Positions 55,833 through 64,000 of a stretch of 64,000 nt of DNA are shown piece after piece. Source of the stretch: Gammaproteobacteria bacterium (GTDB taxonomy: Bacteria; Pseudomonadota; Gammaproteobacteria; Steroidobacterales; Rariloculaceae); contig DASZSB010000168.1 of the NCBI GenBank assembly GCA_035548835.1, forward strand, positions 21,192-85,191. The letters are read 5' to 3'. Within the stretch, counting starts at the first letter, position 1. The number at the start of each line of letters is the position of its first letter. The notes under the pieces are model-generated. The model did no database searches, was not told where the DNA came from, and was given only the letters and a program-made list of their open reading frames with translations. The position numbers and the translations under genes were made by a program.

Positions 55833-57305
55833 TCAGTGCGGCACGACGGCTGCGGCGGTATCGGGCTTGCGAATGAAGAGCGCGCAGAGCACGGCGCACA
55901 GCGACGCGATCGCGCCGCACAGAAACGCCGCGCGGACGCCTCCCGCGAGAGCTTCCAGCGCCGTGGCGCCGCCACCGAGCAGCCGCGTGCTCTCGGCGGA
56001 CATCAGCGCGACGAACAGTGCGACGCCGGCCGCGCCGGCGACCTGTTGCGTCGAGCCGAGCACGGCGCTGCCATGCGAATAGAGGTGCGGCCGCACGGAT
56101 GACAGGCTTACCGTGAACAGCGGTGTGAACAGCAACGCGAAACCGACGCTCATCACGAGGTGCCCCGTGAGAATATAGGGGATCGGGGTCTGCGAGCCGA
56201 GCAGCGTCATTGCCCAGAGAACGGCCGTCACGATCACCACGCCGGGGATCAGCAGCTTCGCCGGCCCGACGCGATCGTACTGCCGACCGACCGGCGGCCC
56301 GAGCAGACCCATCAGGAGCCCGCCGGGCAGCAGCAACAGGCCGGTTTCGAGCGTGCTCAGCCCGCGCACGTTCTGCAGATACAGCGGCAGCACGATCAGC
56401 GTGCCGAACAGCGCCATCATCATGATGGCCATCAGCAGCACGGAGACGCTGAAGTTTCGTGAGGTGAACGTCCGCAGATCGAGCAGTGCGCGGTCACGGC
56501 GCTGGAGCGCGAGCTGCCGTGCGACGAACGCGACGAGGCCCATGGCGCCGAGCGCCAGCGGTGCCCACGGCGGGAAACCCTGCGGAGCGCTCGGCACGCC
56601 GAGCAGGCTGAGTCCGTAGACGCCGCCTCCGAAGCCGCACGCCGACAGGAGCACGGAGCCGAAGTCGAGCGGCGCTTCGCGCGGCGTCGTCACGTTCTCG
56701 ATGCGGCGCAGGCCGTACAGCAACGCCGCGATCGCGATCGGGAGCACGAGCACGAACAGCCACCGCCAGGTCAGGAAGTTCAGGATGAGCCCCGAAATCG
56801 TGGGACCGACGGCGGGCGCCACCGAGATGACGATGGAGATGTTCCCCATGGTCTTGCCGCGCGATTCCGGCGGCACCAGCGTCATGACGGTCGTCATCAG
56901 CAGCGGCAGCATGATCGCCGTGCCCGAGGCCTGGATCACGCGCGCGACGACGAGAAGAGTGAGCCCCGGCGCGAGCGCGGCCACGAGCGTGCCGAGGCAG
57001 AACAGCGTCATGGCCGCGGCGAAGATCGCGCGCGTGTTCAGCCGCTGCAGCAGAAAGCCGGTGATCGGAATCACGACGGCCATGGTCAGCAGGAACGCAG
57101 TCGTGAGCCATTGCGCGGCGCCGGCATCCACGGCGAGGCTCGTCATGAGGCGTGGAATTGCGACGCCCATGATCGTCTCGTTCAGGATCACGACGAACGC
57201 GGAGACGAGCAGCAGATGAATGACCGTCGCGTGACGTTTCGTCAGCGCGACATCCGCGGGTGACACAGCGGTGCGCGCCGTCGCGTCGACGGGATTCGAT
57301 GTCAT
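55833..57305 (-). CDS. MFS transporter, DHA2 (EmrB/QacA-type, 14-TMS) family
   Basis: 490 aa. 'LLVSAFVVILNETIMGVAIP', 'AQWLTTAFLLTMAVVIPITGFL..R', multiple TM segments. Confidence 0.9.
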   Translation of the reverse strand: MTSNPVDATARTAVSPADVALTKRHATVIHLLLVSAFVVILNETIMGVAIPRLMTSLAVDAGAAQWLTTAFLLTMAVVIPITGFLLQRLNTRAIFAAAMTLFCLGTLVAALAPGLTLLVVARVIQASGTAIMLPLLMTTVMTLVPPESRGKTMGNISIVISVAPAVGPTISGLILNFLTWRWLFVLVLPIAIAALLYGLRRIENVTTPREAPLDFGSVLLSACGFGGGVYGLSLLGVPSAPQGFPPWAPLALGAMGLVAFVARQLALQRRDRALLDLRTFTSRNFSVSVLLMAIMMMALFGTLIVLPLYLQNVRGLSTLETGLLLLPGGLLMGLLGPPVGRQYDRVGPAKLLIPGVVIVTAVLWAMTLLGSQTPIPYILTGHLVMSVGFALLFTPLFTVSLSSVRPHLYSHGSAVLGSTQQVAGAAGVALFVALMSAESTRLLGGGATALEALAGGVRAAFLCGAIASLCAVLCALFIRKPDTAAAVVPH

Positions 57306-57406
57306 GGCAGTGCCTTCGGTCCGGCTGAGCGCGCAGGCAACGTCGGGGTCGGTGCGCGCGGGGAGCGAATTCTAGGCCAAGCGCCCGGAGGCCGGCCACC
57401 GTGGCG

Positions 57407-58027
57407 TCAGTCGCCGTCCTTGTCCTTCGTGAACACGAGCTCCGGCGCGAGCATGTCGCCGACCGGCGCTTCTTCCGCAGCCGCCACGTGGGCGTCGAGA
57501 TGGGAGTTGCCCTTCGGTGCGTCGCGATGCGTCTGCCAACCCGCGCCGGCCATCAGCTGGTTGATCGTCCCGTCGCTCGGAGCATCCGAATCCGACGTGG
57601 CCAAGGCGCTCGATGCCGAGCCGCTGCGGCGCGCCTGCGCGCGCAATTGATCGCGATCGAGCTTCAATTGCTCGAGCTCGGCGCGGGCCTCCTTCAGGAG
57701 CCTTATCGTCTGCTCGCGATCCGCGCCGTACGCGGCTTCGTTGGCCTTGTGCTCGGCGAGTGCCTGTTCCGCGGCGGCCAGACGCGCGCGCGTGTCGGCC
57801 AGTTGCTTCGCATAACTTTTCTCAAGCGTCTCGGTCTTGAAGCGCAGGCTGTCGGCGGTCTCGCGCAGCGCGTCGGCATGCCGGCGCTCCTCGGCGAGCG
57901 CGCGCTCGAGCTCCGCGATCCTTGCATCCCGTGCGGCCAGGGCGGACTGATCGGTCTGGCTGTCCGGGCCGGCTGCGCGCGCGTTCGCGTCGCCGGCAGG
58001 CTTCTTCGCGGGCCTCATGGAGAACAT
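57407..58027 (-). CDS. Hypothetical coiled-coil protein
   Basis: ATG at 58027. Long heptad-like Ala/Glu/Arg/Leu-rich segment (RIAELERALAEERRHADALRETADSLRFKTETLEKSYAKQLADTRARLAAAEQALAEH...). Acidic C-terminus. Confidence 0.55.
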   Translation of the reverse strand: MFSMRPAKKPAGDANARAAGPDSQTDQSALAARDARIAELERALAEERRHADALRETADSLRFKTETLEKSYAKQLADTRARLAAAEQALAEHKANEAAYGADREQTIRLLKEARAELEQLKLDRDQLRAQARRSGSASSALATSDSDAPSDGTINQLMAGAGWQTHRDAPKGNSHLDAHVAAAEEAPVGDMLAPELVFTKDKDGD

Positions 58028-58284
58028 GGATGCAAGGCTAGTGGCCCGGCGGGTCGCCCGGCGCGGAAACAGGTCACAGGTCGCGGCCGCGCGGCGGGCT
58101 GGCCCGGGCACACTGTGAGGTGCGTCTTGACCGCCGGCGCGACGGGCGTTTCTACTGAATGTCCAGGACTCCGGGGGGAGGGGGCAATGACCCAGTCGCG
58201 CGCAGCGATCGAGTCGACGGCGGGCGCCGCGATCAGGCCCGGCCGTCACGCGGGCCTGACGCCTTCGATGAGGATGTTCTGCAA

Positions 58285-59226
58285 GTGAATCCGAGCCGCC
58301 GGCACTTCCTGCGCACCGTGGGCACTGCGGGCGCGGCCGCGGCTCTGCTGCGCTTCGGCGGCGCGCAGGCGGCCGGCGCCGAGCTCACGGTCACGCAGCT
58401 GCGGGACGGCCTGCACCTGGTGGCGGGCGCCGGAGGCAACGTCGTGGTGCTCGCGAGGCCGGAGGGCCTGCTGCTGGTGGACAGCGGCGCGAGCGAGCGC
58501 GCCGGCGAGCTGCTTGCGTTGCTGGGGCAGCGGTTCGCGGGCGCACCCGTCGGTGTCCTGTTCAACACGCATTGGCACCTCGATCACACGGGCGGCAACG
58601 ACGCGATTGCGGCGCGCGGCACGAAGACCATCGTGGCGCACGAGAACACGCGGCTCTGGATGAGCACCAAGTTCTACGTGGAATGGGAAGACCGGTACTA
58701 TCCGCGGCGCGCCCCGGCGAGCCGGCCGAACAAGACCTTCTTCACCTCCGACAGGCAGCCGCTCGAGCTCGAATTCGGCGGCGAGCGCGTGGTGTACGGA
58801 CAGCTCACGGAGGCTCATACCGACGGCGATCTCTACGTGCACTTCCCCGACCGCAACGTGATCGTGGCAGGGGGCGCGGTAACGGCGGGACGCTACCCGG
58901 TGCTCGACTACATCACGGGCGGCTGGATCGGCGGCATGGTGGACGCCACCACGAAGCTGCTCGCGCTGGCCGATGCGTCCACGCTGATCGTGCCCGATGT
59001 CGGTCCCGCCCAGATGCGCGCGGACCTCGAGGCGCAGGCGGGCATGCTGTCCACGGTGCGTGAACGGATCGAGGCCATCGCGCTGCAGGGACGCGGCGTG
59101 CAGGACATGCTCGCCGAGCGCATCACGAGGGAGTTCGATCCGCGCTACGGCCCCGATTCCGCGCAGTTCATCAGCAACGCGTATAAGAGCATGTGGTGGA
59201 ACCGGTTGCGTGGAATCGTGGCATAG
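58285..59226 (+). CDS. MBL-fold metallo-hydrolase with Tat signal
   Basis: GTG at 58285 gives 'NPSRRHFLRTVGTAGAAAALLRFGGAQA', a Tat leader. 'LFNTHWHLDHTGGN' (HxHxDH), 'EAHTDGD'. Confidence 0.8.
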   Translation: MNPSRRHFLRTVGTAGAAAALLRFGGAQAAGAELTVTQLRDGLHLVAGAGGNVVVLARPEGLLLVDSGASERAGELLALLGQRFAGAPVGVLFNTHWHLDHTGGNDAIAARGTKTIVAHENTRLWMSTKFYVEWEDRYYPRRAPASRPNKTFFTSDRQPLELEFGGERVVYGQLTEAHTDGDLYVHFPDRNVIVAGGAVTAGRYPVLDYITGGWIGGMVDATTKLLALADASTLIVPDVGPAQMRADLEAQAGMLSTVRERIEAIALQGRGVQDMLAERITREFDPRYGPDSAQFISNAYKSMWWNRLRGIVA

Positions 59227-59233
59227 AGGCGCG

Positions 59234-61687
59234 ATGAAGCAGGGCAAACCGCATTGGCTGGCCGCACTGCTGCCGTTGCTCGCGACGGCCTGCAGCGAGC
59301 CCCCGGAGCAGGCGCTCGCCAGCCGCTGGCCGATGCTGAAGCGGTACTGCACCGACTGTCACAACGACGCCGAGCTCACGGGCGGCATGTCGCTCGAGCA
59401 CGTGACCACGGCCGACGTCGCGGCAAACCCGAAGCGCTGGGAGGAAGTCGTGCGCCGGCTTCGCGGCAGCCTGATGCCCCCGCCCGGAAATCCGCAGCCC
59501 GGCGCGGAACAGACGAAGCAGTTCGTCGCGGCGCTGGAGGCGAATCTCGACGCCGCGGCGGCGGCGCGCGGCGCCGTGCCGGGCCGAACGGTTCTGCACC
59601 GGCTGAATCGCGTCGAGTACGCGACGGCGGTGCAGGATCTGCTCGGCGTCAGTGTCGATCCGGCGAGGCTGCTGCCGCCCGACGCGACGAGCGATGGCTT
59701 CGACAACGTGGCGGAAGTGCTGCGGGTCACTCCGACGTACCTCGATCAGTACATCGCGGCCGCGCGCGAGATCAGCCTGAAAGCCGTCGGCAATCCGCAA
59801 GCGGCGCCCACGCGTGCCGAATACGTCGCGAAGAATCGGAATCACACGGCCCACGTCGAAGGACTGCCGCTCGGCACGCGCGACGGCTTGGTCGTGGAGC
59901 ATTACTTCCCGGCCGACGGCGAGTACGTCTTCAGGCTCAACGTCTCGTCGCGCCCCGGCGGGGAGCTCACCTATTACCCGCAAGGCTGGCTCGCGTACAA
60001 GCACACCGGCATCCTGACGATCGACGGCGTGCGCGTCTTCCAGGCCGATCTCGGCGGCGACGACGATCTGCGCGATCTCGACCGCTATCAGATCGTGACG
60101 GTCAACGCCATCAAGGACCGGTTCCGCGACATCCGCGTGAACGTGAAGGCGGGCTACCGCAAGGTTGGCGCGGCTTTCGTCGCACGCAGTCAGGCCGAGT
60201 CCGACTACGCGCTGCAGCGGTTCGTGCCCGGCGAAGGCTTCCCCGACGTGCCGTGGATGCTCGGTTTCGAGGTCGTGGGACCGTACGCGCCCACGGGCAT
60301 CGGCGCAGAGACGCGCAGCCGCGAGCACATCTTCACCTGTCACCCGCAGAGCGCCGCCGAAGAGCTGCCGTGCGCCGAGCAGATCCTCGGCCGGCTCGCG
60401 CGGCTCGCGTTCCGCCGGCCCACGACGGAAACCGAGATCGAGCGCCTGCTGGCGTTCTACCGGGCCGGACAGGCGAACGGCGGGTTCGAGACCGGCGTGC
60501 AGCGCGGCCTGCTCGCGATCCTGGCCAGCACGAATTTCCTGTACCGGGCGGAGCCCGGTGGAGTGCCGCAAGGCGTGGAACCCGGCGCCGTCTACGCGGT
60601 GTCGGACCTCGAGCTCGCCTCCCGGCTGGCGTTCTTCCTGTGGAGCGAGGGCCCGGACGACGAGCTTCTGAAAGCGGCCGACGCGAATCGCCTGAGCGAC
60701 CCCAAGGTGTACACGGAGCAGCTGGCGCGCATGCTCGCCGATCCGCGGTCGCGCTCGCTCGTGACGAACTTCGCGTTCCAGTGGCTCGGCGTTCGCGGAC
60801 TCGACGTGATCGAGCCGGATCCGAAGCTCTACCCGAACTTCGACGAGGAGCTGCGCAAGGCGTTCGTCGGCGAAATGGAGCGCTTCCTCGACAGCATCCT
60901 GCGCGACGAGAAGCGCAGCGTGCTCGAGCTTCTCGACGCGAAGTACACGTTCGTGAACGAGCGGCTCGCGCGCCACTACGGCATCGAAGGTGTTCGCGGC
61001 GACCGCTTCCGTCGCGTGGAGCTCGAGGACCCGCGCCGCTTCGGCCTGTTTGGCAAGGGCAGCGTGCTGCTCGCCACGTCCTACCCGGACCGCACCTCGC
61101 CCGTGCTGCGCGGCGCATGGATCATGGAGCACATGCTCGGTACTCCGCCGCCACCGCCGCCGCCTGGCGTGTCGACGAACCTGGCGCCGCTCGCAATGGA
61201 GCAGCCGCATTCGGTGCGTGAACGCCTGGCGCTGCATCGCACCCAGAGCTCCTGCAACGGCTGCCACGGCGTGATCGATCCTCTCGGCCAGGCGCTCGAG
61301 AACTACAACGCCATCGGCGAGTGGCGGACGTTCGAGCGCGACAGCGGTGCGCCGATCGACCCCACGGGCAAGCTTGCGAACGGCAAGCCGGTCAGCAGCC
61401 CGATCGATCTGCGCGAGGCGTTGCGCGCGGAGCCGGGCCAGTTCGTCCAGACCATCGTGCAGAATCTGATGACGTACGCGCTCGGCCGGCGTGTGGAGTA
61501 CTACGACATGCCGGCGGTGCGGGCGATCGTGCGCGACGCGGCGCGCAACCACTATTCGTTCGCGGCCATCGTCAAGGGTGTGGCGGGCAGCGTGCCGTTC
61601 CGCATGCGCACCGCGCCAGAGATCGTCAACGGGCAGGGCGAAACGGTTGCGGCTGCCGCGGCCGGCAATTCCGGAGGAGGGCACTAG
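59234..61687 (+). CDS. DUF1587/DUF1592/DUF1595/DUF1588/DUF1585-type multidomain protein with two CxxCH motifs (lipoprotein-like signal)
   Basis: ATG at 59234. 'LLPLLATAC' is lipobox-like. CTDCH at 59348-59362 and CNGCH at 61253-61267. 'LHRLNRVEYATAVQDLLG', 'SDGFDNVAEVL.V.P', 'LASRLAFFLWSEGPDDELL', 'FAFQWLG', 'TFVNERLARHYGI', 'RTSPV.RG.WI.E..LG' are typical of this planctomycete-type family. Confidence 0.85.
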   Translation: MKQGKPHWLAALLPLLATACSEPPEQALASRWPMLKRYCTDCHNDAELTGGMSLEHVTTADVAANPKRWEEVVRRLRGSLMPPPGNPQPGAEQTKQFVAALEANLDAAAAARGAVPGRTVLHRLNRVEYATAVQDLLGVSVDPARLLPPDATSDGFDNVAEVLRVTPTYLDQYIAAAREISLKAVGNPQAAPTRAEYVAKNRNHTAHVEGLPLGTRDGLVVEHYFPADGEYVFRLNVSSRPGGELTYYPQGWLAYKHTGILTIDGVRVFQADLGGDDDLRDLDRYQIVTVNAIKDRFRDIRVNVKAGYRKVGAAFVARSQAESDYALQRFVPGEGFPDVPWMLGFEVVGPYAPTGIGAETRSREHIFTCHPQSAAEELPCAEQILGRLARLAFRRPTTETEIERLLAFYRAGQANGGFETGVQRGLLAILASTNFLYRAEPGGVPQGVEPGAVYAVSDLELASRLAFFLWSEGPDDELLKAADANRLSDPKVYTEQLARMLADPRSRSLVTNFAFQWLGVRGLDVIEPDPKLYPNFDEELRKAFVGEMERFLDSILRDEKRSVLELLDAKYTFVNERLARHYGIEGVRGDRFRRVELEDPRRFGLFGKGSVLLATSYPDRTSPVLRGAWIMEHMLGTPPPPPPPGVSTNLAPLAMEQPHSVRERLALHRTQSSCNGCHGVIDPLGQALENYNAIGEWRTFERDSGAPIDPTGKLANGKPVSSPIDLREALRAEPGQFVQTIVQNLMTYALGRRVEYYDMPAVRAIVRDAARNHYSFAAIVKGVAGSVPFRMRTAPEIVNGQGETVAAAAAGNSGGGH

Positions 61688-63034
61688 ATGTTCATCACCA
61701 AGAAACACCTGTCGCGACGCACGTTTCTGCGGGCCGGCGGCGTGACAATAGGCCTGCCGCTCCTGACCGCGATGGTGCCGGCCGCAACGGCACTCGCGCA
61801 GACCGCCGCCGCCCGCAAGCCGCGGCTCGGATTCTTCTACCTGCCGCACGGCGCCATCATGGCGAACACGCGCTACGGCGAGGAGATGAACCGCTGGACG
61901 CCTGAGAAGATCGGCCGCGACTTCGACCTGAAGCCGATCCTCTCGCCGTTCGCGCCGCACCAGAAATACATGACCGTCGTCAGCGGACTGGGAAACCACA
62001 CCGCCGAGAGCCCGGCCGTGCACGCGATCCACCCCGGCACGTGGCTCACGTGCGTGGCGCCGCCGCGCTCGCAGACGCCGAACGGCGGCGTCTCGGTCGA
62101 CCAGGTGGCCGCGCGGCACATCGGCCAGGAGACACCGCTGCCGTCGCTCGAGCTCGCGACGGAGGAGAAGGGCGGCAGCTCCGGTTGCGATGCCACCTAC
62201 GGCTGCAGCTACGCGCGCACGATCTCGTTCCGCACGCCGACGACCCCGCTGCCGATGGAGGCGGACCCCGGCAAGGTGTTCGAGAAGATCTTCGGCCGCG
62301 GCAACAACACGCAGGAGCGCAACGACATCGCGAACGACTTCTCGAGCGTGCTCGACCTCGTGCTCGCGGAGATGAACGACCTGAACAGAGGGCTCGGCGC
62401 CGAGGACCGGGCGATCGTCCACGACTATCTCGACAGCGTCCGCGAGCTCGAGCGGCGAGTCCAGCTGCTGAAGTCGCGCGATCTGTCGAACGTGGAGCTG
62501 CCGACGATTCCGGTCGCGGCGCCGTCGTTCGACGAGCGCCTGCGGCTCATGTTCGACCTGCTGGCCGTCGCCTACCAGACGAACGTCACGCGGGTCGCGT
62601 CCTTCATGATGGTGGCGGAAGTCAGCAACCAGTCCTACGCGCACGTCGGCGTGCCGGACGCCTTCCACCCGCTGTCCCACCACGCCGACAACAAGGCGTC
62701 GATGGAAAAGCTCGTGATCGTGCAGCGGTATCACAGCCAGGTGTTCGCCGAGTTCCTGGCCAAGCTCGCGAAGACGCCGGACGGCGACGCGGGCTCGATG
62801 CTCGACAGCTCGATCTTCATGTACGGCAGCAACATGAGCAACAGCAACCAGCACGACTCGTTCCCGCTGCCGACCGTCGTGTTCGGCGGCGGCAACGGCA
62901 AGATCCGGGGCAACCAGCACCTGCGTTACCCGGATCACACGCCGATCGCGAACCTGCTGTACACGCTGATGCTGCGGGCCGGAGTGCCGGCCGAGAAATT
63001 CGGCGACAGCACCGGCGAGCTCACGGAGGTCTGA
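61688..63034 (+). CDS. DUF1552 domain protein with Tat signal
   Basis: ATG immediately follows the upstream TAG. 'LSRRTFLRAGGVTIGLPLL' is a Tat leader. 'PRLGFFYLPHG', 'SLEL', 'RSVLD.V', 'AYQTNVTRVASFM', 'HH.LSHH', 'SSIFMYGSNMSNSNQHD' are DUF1552 blocks. Confidence 0.85.
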   Translation: MFITKKHLSRRTFLRAGGVTIGLPLLTAMVPAATALAQTAAARKPRLGFFYLPHGAIMANTRYGEEMNRWTPEKIGRDFDLKPILSPFAPHQKYMTVVSGLGNHTAESPAVHAIHPGTWLTCVAPPRSQTPNGGVSVDQVAARHIGQETPLPSLELATEEKGGSSGCDATYGCSYARTISFRTPTTPLPMEADPGKVFEKIFGRGNNTQERNDIANDFSSVLDLVLAEMNDLNRGLGAEDRAIVHDYLDSVRELERRVQLLKSRDLSNVELPTIPVAAPSFDERLRLMFDLLAVAYQTNVTRVASFMMVAEVSNQSYAHVGVPDAFHPLSHHADNKASMEKLVIVQRYHSQVFAEFLAKLAKTPDGDAGSMLDSSIFMYGSNMSNSNQHDSFPLPTVVFGGGNGKIRGNQHLRYPDHTPIANLLYTLMLRAGVPAEKFGDSTGELTEV

Positions 63035-63039
63035 ACTGC

Positions 63040-64000
63040 ATGCGCGCGTGCCTCGCCACACTGACCATCGCCGCGCTCGCCGTCGCCTGCGTGCAGCCGG
63101 CGCGCGCCGGGGACCTGGTGGCGGCCGCCGAGCGCAACGATCGCGCCGAAGTGCTGGCCGAGCTCGGGAATGGCGCCGACGCCCGCAGCCGGTCCGCCGA
63201 CGGCACCACGGCGCTGCACTGGGCCGTGTTTCACGACGACACCGACCTGGTCGCGCGGCTGGTCAAGGCCGGAGCCGACGTCAACGCCGCGAACGACTAC
63301 GGCTCGACCCCTCTCGGCGAGGCCGCCGTGACCGGCAACGCAGTCGTCGTGAAGAGGCTGCTCGAGGCGGGCGCCAGCGTGAACGCGCCAGGCAAAGATG
63401 GCGAGACGCCGTTGATGGTGCTTGCACGCGGCAGTCACGTGGAGGCCGCCCGGCTGCTGATCGAGCACGGCGCCGACGTGAACGCGCAGGAAACCTGGCG
63501 CGGGCAGACCGCGCTGATCTGGGCGGCGGCGCAGAAGCAGCCCGCCATGGTGCGCCTGCTGCTCGCGCACGGGGCCAACCCGAACGCACGTTCGAAGGTT
63601 CCCGAGTGGGATCGCCAGGTATCCGCCGAAAGGCGGCGGCAATACCGGCCGTTCGGCGGCCTCACGGCCCTGATGTACGCGGCGCGCGAAGGTTGCGTGG
63701 AGTGCGCCCGGGCGCTCGTCGAGGGCGGCGCGGATCCCGATCTGCCCGGCTATCGCGGCATCACCCCGCTGATCATGGCCATCGACAACCTCAATTTCGA
63801 CACGGCCGCGTATCTGCTCGACGCCGGCGCGAGCCTCGACGTATGGGACTGGTGGGGGCGTACGCCCCTGTACATGGCCGTCGACATGAACACGCTGCCG
63901 CACGGCGGGCGACCCGATCGCGCCTCGACGGACAAGACCACGAGCCTGCAGCTGATCGAGCGCATGCTCGCGAAGGGCGCGAGTCCGGACTCACAGCTGA
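63040..64000 (+). CDS. Secreted ankyrin-repeat protein (3' end outside the window)
   Basis: This ORF is absent from the ORF track because the frame never closes. My translation from ATG 63040 reads MRACLATLTIAALAVACVQPARA (signal), then repeats: 'DGTTALHWAVFHDDTDLVARLVKAGADVNAAN', 'GSTPLGEAAVTGNAVVVKRLLEAGASVNA', 'GETPLMVLARGSHVEAARLLIEHGADVNA', 'GQTALIWAAAQKQPAMVRLLLAHGANPNA', 'LTALMYAAREGCVECARALVEGGADPD'. Confidence 0.85.
   Translation, partial: MRACLATLTIAALAVACVQPARAGDLVAAAERNDRAEVLAELGNGADARSRSADGTTALHWAVFHDDTDLVARLVKAGADVNAANDYGSTPLGEAAVTGNAVVVKRLLEAGASVNAPGKDGETPLMVLARGSHVEAARLLIEHGADVNAQETWRGQTALIWAAAQKQPAMVRLLLAHGANPNARSKVPEWDRQVSAERRRQYRPFGGLTALMYAAREGCVECARALVEGGADPDLPGYRGITPLIMAIDNLNFDTAAYLLDAGASLDVWDWWGRTPLYMAVDMNTLPHGGRPDRASTDKTTSLQLIERMLAKGASPDSQL

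Noticed and set aside
1-64000. Mobile elements, CRISPR arrays, integrases, phage genes, toxin-antitoxin or recognisable anti-phage defence genes.
   Set aside because: I found no direct-repeat/spacer arrays, no transposase, integrase or recombinase-like ORFs and no tRNA attachment sites. All sizeable ORFs are accounted for by metabolic, transport or exported proteins. The nucleotide repeats I looked for around the paralogous cassettes were not evident by eye; a dot-plot would be needed to exclude short flanking repeats.

Overview
GC-rich segment with strong G/C preference at codon position 3. It looks like Gram-negative, proteobacterial-type chromosome: a TonB-dependent receptor, an RND pump and many Sec/Tat periplasmic proteins. 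I cannot name the organism without a database search. I call 53 protein-coding genes (two cut by the window edges), one gene fragment, and a few intrinsic terminators and regulatory candidates. Coding density is very high, and I saw no rRNA, tRNA, CRISPR array, transposase, integrase or phage genes. Recognisable content: two paralogous haem c + PQQ beta-propeller dehydrogenases; an AcrAB-type RND pump without an outer-membrane gene; a 1138-aa TonB-dependent receptor; a PAS-GGDEF-EAL protein; an ahcY-mtaD pair; a phosphotriesterase-family enzyme; a Tat-exported Zn-ADH; a VAO/PCMH flavoprotein; DUF1800/DUF1501 and DUF1592/DUF1552/ankyrin modules; an MFS exporter; two MBL hydrolases and two VOC proteins. 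The most interesting signal is a set of co-duplicated secreted proteins of unknown function. Family A carries a 'GxWxGD/N-TLVV' domain and has six copies in the window. Family B is DUF6152-like, and its predicted mature N-terminus is His-His. A and B occur both as adjacent separate genes and as B-A fusion proteins, and they sit repeatedly next to the secreted haem c/PQQ dehydrogenases, VOC proteins and a cupin. I read this as a candidate undescribed periplasmic oxidative system. All functional calls rest on motif and family recognition by eye, and no searches were run.
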